Shown piece after piece: positions 44,153-58,058 of a stretch of 64,000 nt of DNA. Every line of letters starts with the position of its first letter. Position 1 is the stretch's first letter. Both the position numbers and the translations under genes were made by a program. This stretch comes from Pseudogymnoascus verrucosus (Eukaryota), in assembly GCA_001662655.1 (NCBI GenBank), contig KV460275.1. One strand, 5' to 3'. The notes beneath the pieces were generated by a model. That model was not told where the DNA came from. It searched no databases and saw nothing but the letters and a program-made list of their open reading frames with translations.

Positions 44153-46851
44153 TTACGTCCTCTCCCCCCCTGTCCACCTTCCCGGCTCACTCGCTTTAAC
44201 GGGAGGACTCAAATCCTGCACCATCGGACTGGGACTCAACGGCGCGATGGCCGGAATATATGTCGGCGTTCCCATTGCCACACTCCCCGAAAAACTCCCC
44301 GCACCATTCGCCGTCATTGGCCGCGGTGGCGACTGTTTTGTCGGCGACATCCCTGCGCTCGTCGGTGGAAGCACCGCGTTGGACGCGTAAGGCGTGCGAA
44401 CCTGCGCCGGCGTGGAGGTGGGCAGCCCGTATGGCGGTGGAGGACCAGCGACGCTGGAAAAAGAGGAGCCGGGTGTGGAGGGCGGGTTGAGCACGGGTGC
44501 GCTTGCGAGGGGAGAGGGGAACGAGAGCGACGAGCGGCGCCCACTCTGGTCGTAGGGCGCGTAACGAGCACCATTGGGGGCGGGGGTGGATGTTACACTT
44601 GCTGGTGCTGGCGGCGCATGGCCGCCGTTGATGAGGGCGTAATTGTGCGGTGGAGCGGGAGGAGGGAAGCTGTTTGGGCTGTGTGGGAGGGGCGAGGTGA
44701 ATGGGCTTTGCCCGTTGAGTTGTGCGCCAAAGACAGGACGGGCGGGCGTGCTTCCGTTCATAGGTGGTGGCCAGTTTGGTGCGGCTGGCACGGAGCCCTG
44801 GCTCACTGGTCTGTTGTCAAAGGTTGGGAATGGCGCAGCCGATAGGTTTGCGCTGCCATTGGAATAGGCAATGGGCTGTCTGGCTGGCTGGCCGTTCGAG
44901 TAAGGAGAGTCATAGGGTGACCGTGAAGGCGAGGAGTGGACGAGTCTGTGCTTGAGAGGCGAAGAAGGAGGGCTGCGGACTGTCTCGTCTTTCTGCTGGG
45001 GCGGCACCATCGCCGCGACGGGAGGAAGGGTCGGTGGCGCATTAGCCGTGACAGGAGGAAGTGTCGGTGGCGCATTTGAAGCTGATGAGGTTGGCCTGTT
45101 GAATTTGATGGTTATCGGCGGCCGTTTCTTAGCCTCTTCTGCCTCCTTAGCACGACGGATGCACGGCTTGCAGACGAACTGGAAGTTGTCCCGGTTGGCA
45201 TCAGCATCGCTAACGCCAACACACTTGGTGTGTTGCCACACATTACACTTCTCGCAGGCAATGCTGAGAGTGCCATCATCAACATGTCCGTACGCGCCGC
45301 AGATGCAATCGAACACCCAGTCACCATCCTCCTCTTGGAGCTCATCAAGCGCCGCCTTCTTCCGTTCAATTTCCGCCTTGAGGTGGCGTTCGGAAAGGCG
45401 ACCTTGGCCAGATTCGAGTTTTTTGTTGTCCTCTGAGAGATTGGCAAGCTCCTCTTCGTGCAAGATCCGGCGTGCCTCGCGTTCTTTGAGGCGCTGTTCA
45501 CGGGTCTGCATGCGCGACTCTCTTTCCTTCTCCAGCTTTCTCCACTTCTCCTGTTCCTTCTTCGCCATAGCAAGCTCCTCCTGGCGCTTCCTTTCCTCTT
45601 CGCGCGCCTCTTCTTCTTGGCGCTGATGCTCGAGTTTGCCAGCGATTCTGCTGGACCTTTTGGCGGTGGCTAATTTCTCTAGATTGAGTAATTCGCGCTC
45701 CTTCTGGATCTGTTTTCGCTTGCGCGACTCCTCTTGCTTCTCCAGCAAGGGCAGGAGATCATCAACTAGTCGCTGCCTCAGAGACTTTTCGTTCGGGTCG
45801 CGCGACTTTGCAAAGGAGGCAATGGCGTTGTTCAATTCGTCCAGGGTTATGGCCAGACACTCCCACTTGATGCCACCAAATCCATCGTCCTCGGCCGCTT
45901 TGTCTTCCTTGACCTCTTCAGTTTCCTCGGTCTCCTCCTCGCTGTCGCTTGCAGGTACTCGGGACAGCTTTCTACGCTTGCTCGCTCTTGCTGCGGCTCT
46001 GGCTTTCTTGGAGTTCTTCTTGGGGGTAGCTTTGGGTGCAGGCGGTGGCGGGGGTTCTGTCTGGCGATACAGCCTATTGTCGTCTAGAACGATGTATGTT
46101 CGGTCCTCAGAGTCCCATCCGAAGGGTTCAACGCGCTAGGTTTGATATTAGTACCAATGGTAGCAAGTGCTAAGGAGTAGGCGTACCCAATATGTTTGTT
46201 CTGAATCCTTCTGCTCCTCCATTCGTTCCCTGATTCGGTCGGGGTTTGTGAACGTCCATTGCGTAAGCTGTTGTAGGACTTTGATCTAGAGGCCATCGTT
46301 AGTACGTAGGTGCGAGGATTTTATAGACATGAGTCTGACCTTTGTGAAGATATCGAACTCGGCGAACTTGGCAGGCTCGTCTTCGGTGCCAAAGGGGTTG
46401 CGCTCTGGCGCTTTCGCAACATACTGTCGGCGCGTATATTCATCAAAAATCTCTGGGCTGCGCATCGTCAGTGGTTGTACGCGATATCATACATATAGTG
46501 CATGGATAGAACCTACATTAGGCCCCTATGAGAAGAGACAAACTTCAAGAGCGCGAGCCCTATTTCTGCCAGTTTTGTCGAGTGATGCTTCAGGCATTCC
46601 ATCTCGAGATCCTATGATAAGTATCAGTATTGGCCTGTAGATTGATTCATCGTTATTGCGACGAGCCGTACCTCGATATCCAGATCCTCCTCGAGCTTTA
46701 CAACCTTTCCGAAGAGGAATACCCATTGCGCAAGATTCGCGAATTGCCACATGTTCCGTATCCGTTCAAGCAGTCCAGGCTCTTTCGGCGCAGGAGTAGG
46801 AGCCTCAACAGCCTCCACCTCCTGTCGTCCTCGCTTCCTAGAGGAAACCAT
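44153..46851 (-). CDS. PHD-finger chromatin protein with N-terminal WHIM-like region (ISWI accessory type); several short introns between 46671 and 46135
   Basis: IRNMWQFANLAQW, spliced DLEMECL..IGLALLKFVSSHRGL, RVEPFGWD..RTYIVLDDNRLYR, coiled coil, PHD (CICG..IACEKCNVWQHTKC..FVCKPC), Pro-rich tail. Confidence 0.85.
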
Positions 46852-47074
46852 CTTGGCAAGTCGTTGAGTTGGCGAGACAAGGATTCCAGAACGCCGATGG
46901 CGAGACTTTTTAAGAGGACAAAGGATGCGGTGACGGCAGTATAGTTGTTCTCATCCGTTGATTATGAAGTGTTTAACTCTGATATAGCACTGCTGAAAAA
47001 CACTATTCGAGGGCCTCCTAAGTTCGTAGAAGTGTGGCCTTTTAGGATTCTGTGGTAGTAATTCCCCGTCGTTG

Positions 47075-47386
47075 ACGCGATGAAGCCGACGCGAAAAGGT
47101 ACGGTACAACGTAATGGACTGGGTCTCGCTAAAATAAAATTCCGGTCACGTGGGATCAGCACCAGTTGTGTTCCAGCCTTGCCCGGAAATAGGTTTAAAG
47201 TGGTTTAAAGTTGGACCAATCAGATATTCTAATTTAAGCCGAATAGTTGGAATTATGGCGAGGCTGAAGCACGGTCTATTTCTGGGGTAATCGCGAAGAT
47301 GGGCGTATGTACAGTGAAGTGTACGAACGCGACGGAGATGCCAATTTGACACGACGGCGACTTCTGGCGGCAACGCAGCAACGCGA
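47075..47386. promoter_or_regulatory. Cluster of ACGCGA (MCB/SCB-like) elements in the divergent PHD-gene/HIR3 promoter
   Basis: ACGCGA at 47075, 47089 (ACGCGAAAA), 47327 and 47381; TCGCGAA at 47291; GTCACGTG near 47145. Confidence 0.45.
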
Positions 47387-47574
47387 TCATTATCCTAGAA
47401 CATCATTTGAATGCGTGGATCTGTCGGAAGCCACTGGTAGCTATAAACGCCCAAGAGACTGGAAGAGAGCGACGGAATCGCGCCATATATGCACCAGAGA
47501 CAGTCATTCGACCCCGGATTAAGATGCGCACGTAGTCGAAGTCGAGTTTTAATTGACGCTACGAAGACAACAAG

Positions 47575-50500
47575 ATGTCTGCATTCACGGCATTGAATGT
47601 TGAACCCGACGAGAATCCCGAAGATGACTTCGATCATACGCGCGAAATCCAGCTGGAGGAGGCCCTGAAGCTCTACCAAAATGCCCTGAAGCTTCACGCG
47701 CAGGGTCCAACATACTATGAACAGGCCGCCGAGGCCTATGATAAGCTCTTCAAATCCGATGTTTTTAAATACCCCGAGAGTCTATTAGACTTCACCCAGG
47801 ATATACCTAGCGTCAACCTCGAGCCCGAACCTGAGACTGAATCACCACTCGAAGTTGCGTTTGCGCCGACCTACGACGATGGACCCAGCACCCTACCGCA
47901 AATTCTCTATCTCGCATATAAGAACCATGGACAGTTTATTATGGACTGCCTCAAACACCAGATGAAGATTGCACCGGCTATGCCACGAAGTGGCCTGGCA
48001 CCCCAGGCACAGCATGCCCTTGAACAGTTCACCCAAGCCCTGGCACGGGACGAATCAGATACTGAGCTTTGGCGGAGAGCTGCTCGTGTAGGCGAGCTGT
48101 TGGGAAGCAACACAATTTCGAGATATTGCCTGGAAGCTGCCGTCGAAGTTGACGATGATCCTACGCTCGGCGAAGTTGACCCAGGGAACCTTGAAGAGGG
48201 GTTTGCGGGCATACAACTGAAAGAGCTGCTGGTCGTTCTGTCCGATAATATGGCGCTGTCTCATCCGATTATGGCTCCATACGAAAAGAAACATATGCCG
48301 GTGAAGTTAAAGAAGTACCTGGACCCCTATCCATTTCTCAGCAAACTCTCAGCTAGGGATGATGACGACGCGGCCAGTGCTGCGACGCTGGAAGGACCCG
48401 GTCTAGGAGAAGTTAAGACATTCACTTGGAACTCGGTCGCAGAGGCTATCGGCAGGATATTCGGCGCATATAACGGCGAGAGCGGCTCAGCGTTGAAGCT
48501 TACGGGAGGCGAATCCATCACTCTGCAACTGCCGGAAGGGGATATAGAGATGATCGACCCCGAGGTGGAGACCCAGCAACCACCTGATATTGCAGTGACT
48601 TCCAGCGAGATAACGCCCCCGGCTACGGATGCCCCTCTAGGAGGACAAGAACCGCAAGAAACTACGCAAGACGGAAACGAGGTTAAAGCAGAGGAAGAAG
48701 AATCACCGCCACTCACTCGAAAGCGCTCACAATCGACGGCAGGCCTCCCCGAAACCCCAGAAGAAGAGGCTGGCACTCAGAAGAGGAGCAAGAGGATCCG
48801 CAACAGGGATACTCTCGGCGGCGAGAGCGCTCTTCCAACAGACCCTAATATCGGCCTCAAATGCGCATACGACGCAATGTGTAGTGGAGACCAAGACATG
48901 TTCTCGTACATTGACGGCCTACTAGACAAACTTAATGTCAAGGAACTTGGCAAGGCATCCGATATACAGGCTCTCGTGGATTCCGACAGGCCACAGGTTG
49001 AAAGTTCTGTTCAGAATATTGCAATGCGTGACTTGCGAGATCTTATTCACAAGTGGGACTCTGCCCTCGCTGCAAAATTTCAGTCGGGTAATGGCTTGGA
49101 CATTATGGGGACCTCTGCTGGCCTCCAAAAGAATGGCCTCACCGCGTTTCTTGAACATTCAAAGACCGAATCATTAAAATCACAAACTCAGGCTGAGCCT
49201 ACCAGTGCTGCTGGGATCTCAACTTTCGTCAAGTTGATAAATGGGAATTCGCTCACTATCCAGGAGGTAGCGTACCGATACTTCAAAGCGATTTGCTCGA
49301 GTTATAGGACCACGTTGTGGCCAAGTACGCTGAAGGACGAAAATATAAAGCTTATGCATATCATGGATTCTGTGTTATATTCGCAGCTGGAAACAGAATA
49401 CCAGGAACTACAATATAAAGATGCCGAGCTTGTAGAATGGGAACAGCTCAAAGAGTTCTCACAGATGATGTTGGAGCTTCACCTGGACCATTATATCAGC
49501 ATTGGCAAACCCCAGAAAGCGGAAGATGATAACGCGTACCTGACAGCTAAGGGAAGGCTTGATAAATGGGCGATGCTCACTTCGGACATCATGCAAGGCC
49601 AACCAAACGAACCTGCAAGTGAAATCGTGATGAGATACCTTTGGGCTTCGGTTTTACTAGCTAATGCCACCGAGCATGTTAGCCGGGAGCACATGGTTCT
49701 TTGCTGGACTGATCTACAGAGTCTCTTGCAAAAATCCGAAACTGCAAAAATCGAACTATATAACAACGTCGCCATGCCGGAGGTGTCTGCCGCAGCGGCA
49801 GATCGTGAAATCTCGAGGCTTACAACCATGGACTTTTTTCTCAACCTCTTCAAAGACAACTCCGACCCCACGGCGATCATTGAGACACTCGAACCTGTGA
49901 TCGATGACCAAACCAATGTCAGTGAAGACAAGGAAGGTGATGGGGAGAAGGAACCCGCGCCAGAAGTTGTTATGTCGCCAGCCACGCGGGATATGCGGAA
50001 ATTCCTCGAGAACGGCACCCCCTCTCTCCGCCTGTATTTATGGCAACGGTTGAGGGAAGCCTACCAAGAAATAGAATACCCCACGAGAGTCTTTTCTTGC
50101 CATCTCAAATGCATCGAAATCATCGTCGAGTACCTTCAATCTCCAACGTTCAGCCAAATCCCTCAAGAAGCTCGGCACGCTGAGCTACTAGGCTATATCA
50201 AAACTATAGACGAGTTGTTGGTTAAGGCTTTGACGCTGGCGCTCAACGATCAGACTGCTTTTGAGATTGTGGATGAGTCGCACCTGGCGGCCTCAACCAC
50301 TGCTATTGCGAACCTGTGCCGCATTTTGCACACTGGCACTTTGATGGAAGACCAAGTCACTGCCGGGCTTGTGCCCGATAATACTACAGTCGTGTCGAAA
50401 GAAAAAGGAAAACCCAATCAGACCTTGTTGAAGGCTTTCCTACTGCGATTATCCGAAATGGCAATCCGAAGTTGGGCGCTTCTCTACACACTGGTGAGAG

Positions 50501-53251
50501 AGGGCGTTTCACAAAACAAGGACCGCTTTACAGCACCAGACAATGATTTGTCTACATACTTGGCGACTGTGCATCACACCTTGGGTCTTCGGGTGCGCTG
50601 CGAGCGCTCAAACAAGATTTTCCTCAAAATGATGAAGGTCGAGTTGATCCGCATGAAGTATGTTGACAAGTGGGAAGATTATCTTGGCCAGGTATTATGG
50701 GATCTTTATGGACTACGACTTGGAGAAAAGATTGGCGTTTTTGAGATTATGGACCACGGCTGTGATCGCGAAAAGTTGGACAGGCGGACTGCCATGTCCT
50801 TGGTTGAACACGTTGTCCTGCTCGCTAACAGAAAGAGCATGAAGGATCTTCTACGCGATGAGTTACGGAGCACTATTGAATCTATGCAGCAAGTACTCGG
50901 GGCCGCGAAGACAAACGCACAAACGAGCCACAACCTGCGTAATATAACTGAGTATTTGAAGTTATCAGTGAGCCCCTTACGCCTGAACAAGGCCTTGAAG
51001 GGAATGGAATATATAGACACTCTTCCGGTCAACACTACGGAGTCAGGACTGGCCGAGAAGGGCTGGTTCTTCCTCCTGGGAATGGTATCTCTTTCTAAGT
51101 TCCGTGCGCAGAAACGTACCCATGCTGGAGCTACCGATGATCTAAGGGTGGCAGCAAGCTTCTTCCGCCTACAACTTCAATTTACAGCTGAGCACTGGGA
51201 GACCTGGTATCGTTTAGCCCAATGCTTTGATTCAGAACTAGAGGAAGATGTGATGTGGTCGACGGAAAAGTTGAATAATGACCAAGCGCCATTGATTTCT
51301 GAGCAACGTTCAGCTATACACTGTTACACAATGGCAGTATCAACGGCGATGCGCACAGCCAACCCGTCGTTTGAGACAGCGGAAAAGATGTCCGCTGTAT
51401 TCCACGACTTTGGCCTTCGGATATATTCATCGTCACGAGATCCGTTCCGCATGGAAGCTTTTTATATGGATGACTTCGAACGCCACATGAGTGGCCCATC
51501 GGGGATGTACAAGAAAAATGTCCATGAGGAGTTGACTCGGTACAAAGCCTGGCGCTTTGCTGCCGAACTCTTCAAGCGCGCCATTGCCGAAAGACCCAAT
51601 AATTGGATGTAAGTTTATCTCCTATCCGAGTTTAGCAGAGATACTAATATACAGTATTAGGAGCCATTATATGCTAGGCAAATGCTACTGGAAAATGTTT
51701 ACACGCGTTGAAGATGAGCCGGATGCCAGGGCTAGGGCAGGAAGGCCTACTGTTGCAGCTCTTGTTCAAGTACTTGAAAGGGCTATCGAGACCGTCCCGA
51801 AGCCTCGCGACAGTCGTTCTGACCCGACGCTTGAGCCGCACTATAAGATCGTGTCTGTGATGCACAAGCTCGTCCAGTTTCGCCAGATTGACCCACAGGA
51901 AGCAGCCAATATCCTCCAGCGACAACACTATCCGATCAAGAAAGGCGAACAAGTGGTCATCACTGATGATGCTTCGTGGGAAGCCTATATTGTGGAGTGT
52001 GTCCGCCATCTACGAAATCTCGACCGATCCAACTGGCAGCATCGCTTCATCGCGCGCTCTGCGCACCTTATCTACGACAACAAGGAACAGGACAACGCTG
52101 TCATATTAGCTACCCGTGCTGAACTAAGCATGAGTATCTTTACCAAGACTATGGTCGTCAACGTCTGGAAGCCGGAAAACGAGCGGCCCGGCCGCCACTG
52201 CGTCTACATGTCCAAATATGTCCAATGGATGGTGCATTTGCTAGCGCAGCTCGACGACAGGGCCAGCATGGAGATGTTGACGAAGCGTGTGAGAAAGAAA
52301 CAGACGGAGTACTACCATTTTAATGAGGTCTGGACTGCGTGCTGTCTAGCATATTGCAAGCTCATCCGTCGAGCTGGCAAGATCGATCTCAACCAGGACG
52401 AGCTCGTGCGGTCTCTGCCACCCGAGGACTTTGAGGAAATGGCGGCGGACTTGGAGCTTTGGGTCGACAACCTGCATACGCCGCATACGTCTTTTGACCA
52501 CTTAAAGGAGTCGCTCGAACTAAAGAAGTTGAACAGCAACCTTATGAAGGCAATGCCCATTGATGACCTCATCGTCGACATCTACTCTTCGCTAATTTGG
52601 GAAGTCGGCCGCCACCTAACCAAGGAACGACGAGTCCGCGAAGCGGCAGAGGCGGCGGCGCGACCACCTGTAGTTGAAGCACCACAGAGACAAGATCCGA
52701 TGAGCATGAACAACTTAATCAACAATACCGACAGCTCTGTCACACCGATGCAGGGCGTCATAGAGTCTGCTCCGAAGCTGAAACCTAAACCCCCTGGGCG
52801 CAGGGAGATTCTGAGGAGGGCGGAGGTACTCGCCAATCGCGGACACGAGGTGAAGGAGAAAGAGAAGGAGAAAGAAAAGGAGAAGGAGAAAGAGAAACCG
52901 GCGGGTAAGTCTGAGTCGCACAGGCCGTCGGATCTACAGAACCTACTGCGGAGGAGAAGTAGGGATAAGTCGTCCAGATCCGCCGAGAAGGATGAGGGAA
53001 GCAACCAGGGCCACCAGGAGGAACACGACGATGATGATCGGGAGGGGGGTGACGCTGATGGCGAGGGGGGGAGCAAGGATAATGGTGACGATGACGCACA
53101 TAGTAGTCCTCCTGGTAGTGTGCATGATAGCGCGGACGACGAGAGCGACCTCAGCGACGCGCCGGGGCCAGTTGAGAGGATGCCGCAGCCGTCGATTAAT
53201 GGCTGGCACAGCGAGTCGCAGGATGCGGGTAGGAAAGCGCTAGGCGAATAG
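47575..53251 (+). CDS. HIR3: Histone transcription regulator Hir3 (Cabin1-like, HIR complex); exons 47575-51608 and 51661-53251
   Basis: N-terminus MSAFTALNVE..TREIQLEEALKLYQNALKLH, TPR-like helices, LEPHYKIVS, VWKPENERPGRH. Intron 51609-51660 (GTAAGT..CTAAT..TAG) restores the frame. Confidence 0.93.
52855..52897 (+). repeat. Coding (Glu-Lys)n microsatellite in HIR3
   Basis: GAGAAA/GAGAAG units encode KEKEKEKEKEKEKEK. Confidence 0.85.
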
Positions 53252-54052
53252 GAAGGTGGGCCTTGTCTTGATAGAGGGATTATGGTATTTTACGGGCTTG
53301 CTTAAACTTGGCTGGAGTATATGGAAGCATGGCTTTATTTTTGGGGAATGGGGGATGGGAAAGGGGGCCGGGGAGATCTGTGATCTGTGTACCACTAGTA
53401 GCAGGCATTAGGAAGGCAGATAATAGATATTATGTTGATCCCTTTAGCCACTGTTGGCGAACAAGTGAGTATGGTTGGTAGTGATAGGCGAAATAGGCCC
53501 ATCAACTACTGACGCCAACAAATACCTGGGTCAGAACTGCCGTACCAAACGACAGTTACGCCAAAAGCTTGTTAACGTGTGGATCCCACTCCCGTTGCGT
53601 CGCAGATATAGAGGTTTAGCCTACACGGTGCCGGCGGCCCTGTCCGCCATCAACCCCTGTGATTCCCCGCCACTTCAACTCCGGCACTCAATGCCTCCGC
53701 GTCTCCACTCAGGGATGGGCTTTTTAGATTAAGGTACCCTGCCTTCCCCGCCAAATCTACAAAAACATTGTTTCTAGCGCCTTGGAACGCTCAACTGGAA
53801 GCCCCCGCCGGAGTAATGTACTCCCATTTTAATATGCATACTCTATATCCCATGTTAACGGAGAAACCTCGATATTAAATGTGGCGCCGGCAAGCGGCGT
53901 GTTCGCTATGTGTCGCATTGATTGGTGTCGTCATTGCGCGTTGATGAGATGGATTGATGGTGTATAAACATGTGTTCCCCTTGGTTGGAAACCGTGTTGC
54001 GTGTGCACGTCTTGATCTTTGTCTACAATATCCTTAACTTCGACCTCTCAAA

Positions 54053-55885
54053 ATGCGTGGAACAGCTGCCCTTTGCGGTCTCGCGGGCCTTGCGCTTTGC
54101 AATGCCGAAACCATAACTGACGCTGCTTGCGAAGCTTCTTTCGAGACAGTAACTGCGGCTGCTGCGGTCAAGGATCTTAACCCAGGTTGGAATTTGGGGA
54201 ATACTCTCGATGCCATTCCCGATGAGACGTCGTGGGGCAACTCGGCGCAGGAGGCGACTTTTGATAGTATCAAGGCTTCCGGCTTCAAGAGCATTCGGAT
54301 TCCAGGTGCGTGATTTTCCTCTCGAAGCTCATCCACACAGTTGTCTCTTTCCATGGTGCTAATTGTTTGTTAGTAACATGGGCCGACCACATCACCACTC
54401 AATCCCCTTCATGGACTATCGACACCGCCTGGATGGACCGTGTCGAAGAGGTCGTCGACTGGGCCATTGCACGCGACTTATGGGTCGTCCTCAACATCCA
54501 CCACGACTCCTGGGAGTGGGCCGACGTCACCCAGTCCGGAGCTGACCTCGCAATGATCGAGGAGAAGTTCTCTGCACTCTGGGCCCAGATCGGTGATCGC
54601 TTCAAGTGCAAGTCTTCCAAGCTGATCCTGGAGCCGATCAACGAGTTCCCGGGTGACACCCAGGCGCACGGTGACGAGCTTAACAAACTGCAGGATATGT
54701 TCCTGGATGAGATCAACAAGGCGGGTGGCTACAACCCGCAGAGAGTCGTCTCGCTGGGTGGGCTTGGACATGACAGCGCCAAGACCAGCCAGTTCTTCGA
54801 GAGAGGCACCACCTACCCCGACCAGCCATGGGCAATCCAGTTCCACTACTACTCACCATATGACTTCATTTTCGGCGCCTGGGGCAAGACCCTCTGGGGC
54901 TCCGACGACGACAAAGCTGTCATGGAGGCCGACTTCGCCAACCTCCGCAGCAACTTCACCGACGTCCCCATCTTCATTGGCGAGTGGGAGGCGAACGGCA
55001 ACGTCGAACCCGCGGCCCACTGGAAGTATTTTGACTTCCTCATCCGCACCGCGAACGCCAACGACTTCTCCACCATCCTCTGGGATAACGGCGCCCACTT
55101 CAACCGCCCCACCAGCAAATGGGTTGATCCCTCCGAGCCGGAGTTGATTACCGCTGCCGTCGCTGGAACGAGCAACTCCCTCGCTGACAGCACCGTCGAC
55201 ATCGCCGCCACGGAACAGGAATCGAGCGCGTTTGTTTTCCACAAGGTCGGCGACCCAGTCGTTGCACAGAAAGTCAGCTATGCCTTGAACGGGAACACAA
55301 TCTCGTCGATCACCAACTCTGCCGGGACTGCTCTTGCTGCGACTGACTACACTGTCGCTGACGGGGTTGTGACCTTCACTGCTGAGTATCTTGGCAGCCT
55401 ATACAGCGCCACCGATGCCGCCGGGACAAAGGAAACCCTCACTGTCGCCTTCAGCGCCGGTGCCAGCCTCTCCATCACCATCGTGCTCTGGGACACCCCA
55501 ACAGTGGCAACGAACTCTTTCGCAGTCGATGCCTCCACCGACCTCAAGATACCAGTCGCCTGGAACGGGCTACACCGCGTCGCAGCCGTCAAGGCTCGCA
55601 AGGCTGACGGCACCTACCTCTCGGATGACTGGACTGTGTATCTCCCAGCTCTGCAGCAGGGATACTGGACTTTTGGCAGCTGGGGCTGGGATGATGAGAA
55701 CATAATCGTGTATGCATCGGGATTGTCGACCATTAAGGCGGCTGGGCAGGAGGTGACGCTGTCGTTCGAGGTAAGTCCTTCGTCAATAATTGTGCAGGTT
55801 GATGATGGATCGTTACTAATTGTGCATGCAGTCATTCCCTCGCATTATGGGCGAGAATGCGGTGAACATCACGTTCACGCAGTAG
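54053..55885 (+). CDS. Secreted GH5 endoglucanase (subfamily 4-like) with C-terminal Ig-like/CBM modules; exons 54053-54305, 54374-55770, 55832-55885
   Basis: Signal peptide. Motifs GWNLGNTLDA, ETSWGN, RIPVTW (across the intron), NIHHDSW, INEF (acid/base Glu), HYYSP, IGEW (nucleophile), WDNG. Beta-rich C-terminal region. Confidence 0.93.
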
Positions 55886-56909
55886 ATTGTCGATGTTGTC
55901 GATGTGTTGTTAGACTGAGGCAGTCTAGATGGGTGTTTGAACATACTATATATGTGGTTCCTGTATATATTACTTGGCAAGTTATGCCTCTGAACAATAT
56001 ATGTCTGATTATTTGTTTACCTACGTCGTCCCGCGTTCGGTCCTTCGGCTGGCTGCTGTGTGGTGCCTGAAAATTCCCTTTGTTGACATAATGCCTGATA
56101 GCCAGCCCCCTTTATTGTCTGTTACCTGACTCACCATCTGGCGAAACCCAAACCTTATAACCCAACTTATGCTCTCTGATTCCTAAGTCGGGCCGCGTAG
56201 CTGAGTGGTCGCTCGCTCAGTTGTGCAGCCCGATAATATGAAATCACCCCGTCATTGTGAGGATGTACCGGCTGGCCCCCGGTACATCTCACAAGTCCGC
56301 CGGCGCGGGCGTTTGGTTACTGGTTTCGTATCAGTTCAGGCTGCTCCTGACACTGATACGGAGCCTGGTTCTTTTGTCATTTTGACTTTTTTTTCTGTTG
56401 TTTTCATACGTTGGCGAGTGGTGGGTGGGTGAATGAGGTTCGAACTTTAGGTTTATCTCAAAGAAGGGGGTTATATATTAGAACGATCTTTTATAAAGGG
56501 GATTCGTCTTCAAACTTGTGTTTATTTATTTATTACAGGATACTGATGTTCGAACTGGAGCTCTTAAAGATGTTTTTGAGGCTCGAAGTGTCCCCATTAT
56601 GGGGATTTTGAGGTTCGAATTGGCGTCCTTTCAAAAAAGGGGGTAGTTGCGTAGCGACATCCGCTTAAGTTTGCCGTGGCATGTATCAAACAACAAGCGA
56701 ACCTACGATATGTGAATAACTCTCCAAACAAACAATGAAGCTATATTCATTATTATGATTTTTATACCTGCTGCGTGGGCATTGTCGAATATCGATCGGT
56801 ACTTCATTTACACATCTATAAACGAAATGTCTAGTATAGTTATTTCGATTTTATGCTTCCAAGACCTCTTCAAAACCAAGTCAACAAAACACCGGCATCA
56901 CTTCACCCC

Positions 56910-58058
56910 TCACCAAAACGCGATAACCCTCACCTCAATACTCTCCCTCGCCTCCTCCCCACACACATCCCCAATATCCGGACTCCCATGCCACGGCGCC
57001 TCCGCCTCTTCCTCACCCCGACCCAACGCGGAACTATCAAAAAATTTGATAACAAGCACCTCCTCTCTCGTTTGCTTCGACACATAATACCAGTTCAACG
57101 CCCCCGCATCAACTGCACTCCCCACCCCAACATCTTCCCCCTGCACACCCAGCAGCGCCACCTCCCTCAAAAAATCCCCTCCCAAACCCGCATTTCCTGG
57201 AACCCGGAGATCATAAGGATACTCTACCAGCTCTCCTGTATTCGTTTGTCGCGGCGCAATACACAACGGATCCCGCTGCACCGTTCTCAGCGGCCGCCAG
57301 ACGCTATACGCTGCATATCTCGGCCCCAATTCGCCGCGGTTATACCGCTCCGCGATCACGGAATTGGCCTCGGCGCTGGTGGCTGGGAATGGTAAGTCCG
57401 CACAAATCCCGTCTTCAGCGTCGATTACCCCGCTCTCGCGCGCCTGCTGCTCAATATCCTGCCGGTAAAAGCGGATGCACCGACGCGCGCTGAGAGGCGT
57501 GTAGTCAAGATGCGGGAGACGGGCAGGACCAACCCCAGCGCCGGCGGGGATATGCTTCGGCACATTGGTGGCATTATCGTGGTGGTTTACGGTGCCCCGG
57601 AAGTTGGCGTCAGCATGGTTGTTTGATCCGGCGCGGCGGGCGATGTTGGGCGGGTTGGGCCTGGTGATGCCGCGGGGCCGGCTTTTGCGGACGAAGCTGT
57701 GGGTTACGAAGATGTGCTTTGCACCGGTGGTCTTGGTCAAGAGGTCGCAGATCTCGGGGTAGTATGTTTCATGGAGGAGTTCCTCATCGTCTATGCTTAG
57801 GTGGGCGTTGGAGGGGTCGAAGAGCGCGGATTTTTGGTCGAGAACCCCGAAGCCGTGGCTCTTTAGTAGATCGGCGGGGTTGTATCCTGGAGATGAGATA
57901 TTGGGACGGATGTCAATCAGTGGGAATGATCTGTTGACGAATTTCCTGAATAATGGTGTTGTGAGGTAGGGCCTCTGCCAAGCGTCTGCGTCGTCAACCC
58001 CCGCATCGATGACGAAGAGATTGAATTTGCCGTGGATTTGCGCGTCTAAGGAGCCCAT
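56910..58058 (-). CDS. AsaB/CmcJ/NvfI-like (GA4-desaturase family) putative Fe/2OG oxidoreductase
   Basis: Motifs L..HGF, YYPEI..LL...TGA, PHLDYT (HxD), SVWRPL..V.RDPL, WYY.S.Q..EEVLVIKFFD, PWHGS, RESIEVR. Confidence 0.85.
   Translation of the reverse strand: MGSLDAQIHGKFNLFVIDAGVDDADAWQRPYLTTPLFRKFVNRSFPLIDIRPNISSPGYNPADLLKSHGFGVLDQKSALFDPSNAHLSIDDEELLHETYYPEICDLLTKTTGAKHIFVTHSFVRKSRPRGITRPNPPNIARRAGSNNHADANFRGTVNHHDNATNVPKHIPAGAGVGPARLPHLDYTPLSARRCIRFYRQDIEQQARESGVIDAEDGICADLPFPATSAEANSVIAERYNRGELGPRYAAYSVWRPLRTVQRDPLCIAPRQTNTGELVEYPYDLRVPGNAGLGGDFLREVALLGVQGEDVGVGSAVDAGALNWYYVSKQTREEVLVIKFFDSSALGRGEEEAEAPWHGSPDIGDVCGEEARESIEVRVIAFW

Noticed and set aside
55771..56070. Unspliced GH5 C-terminal tail in the ORF track
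   Set aside because: A canonical intron at 55771-55831 gives a short final exon ending at 55885.
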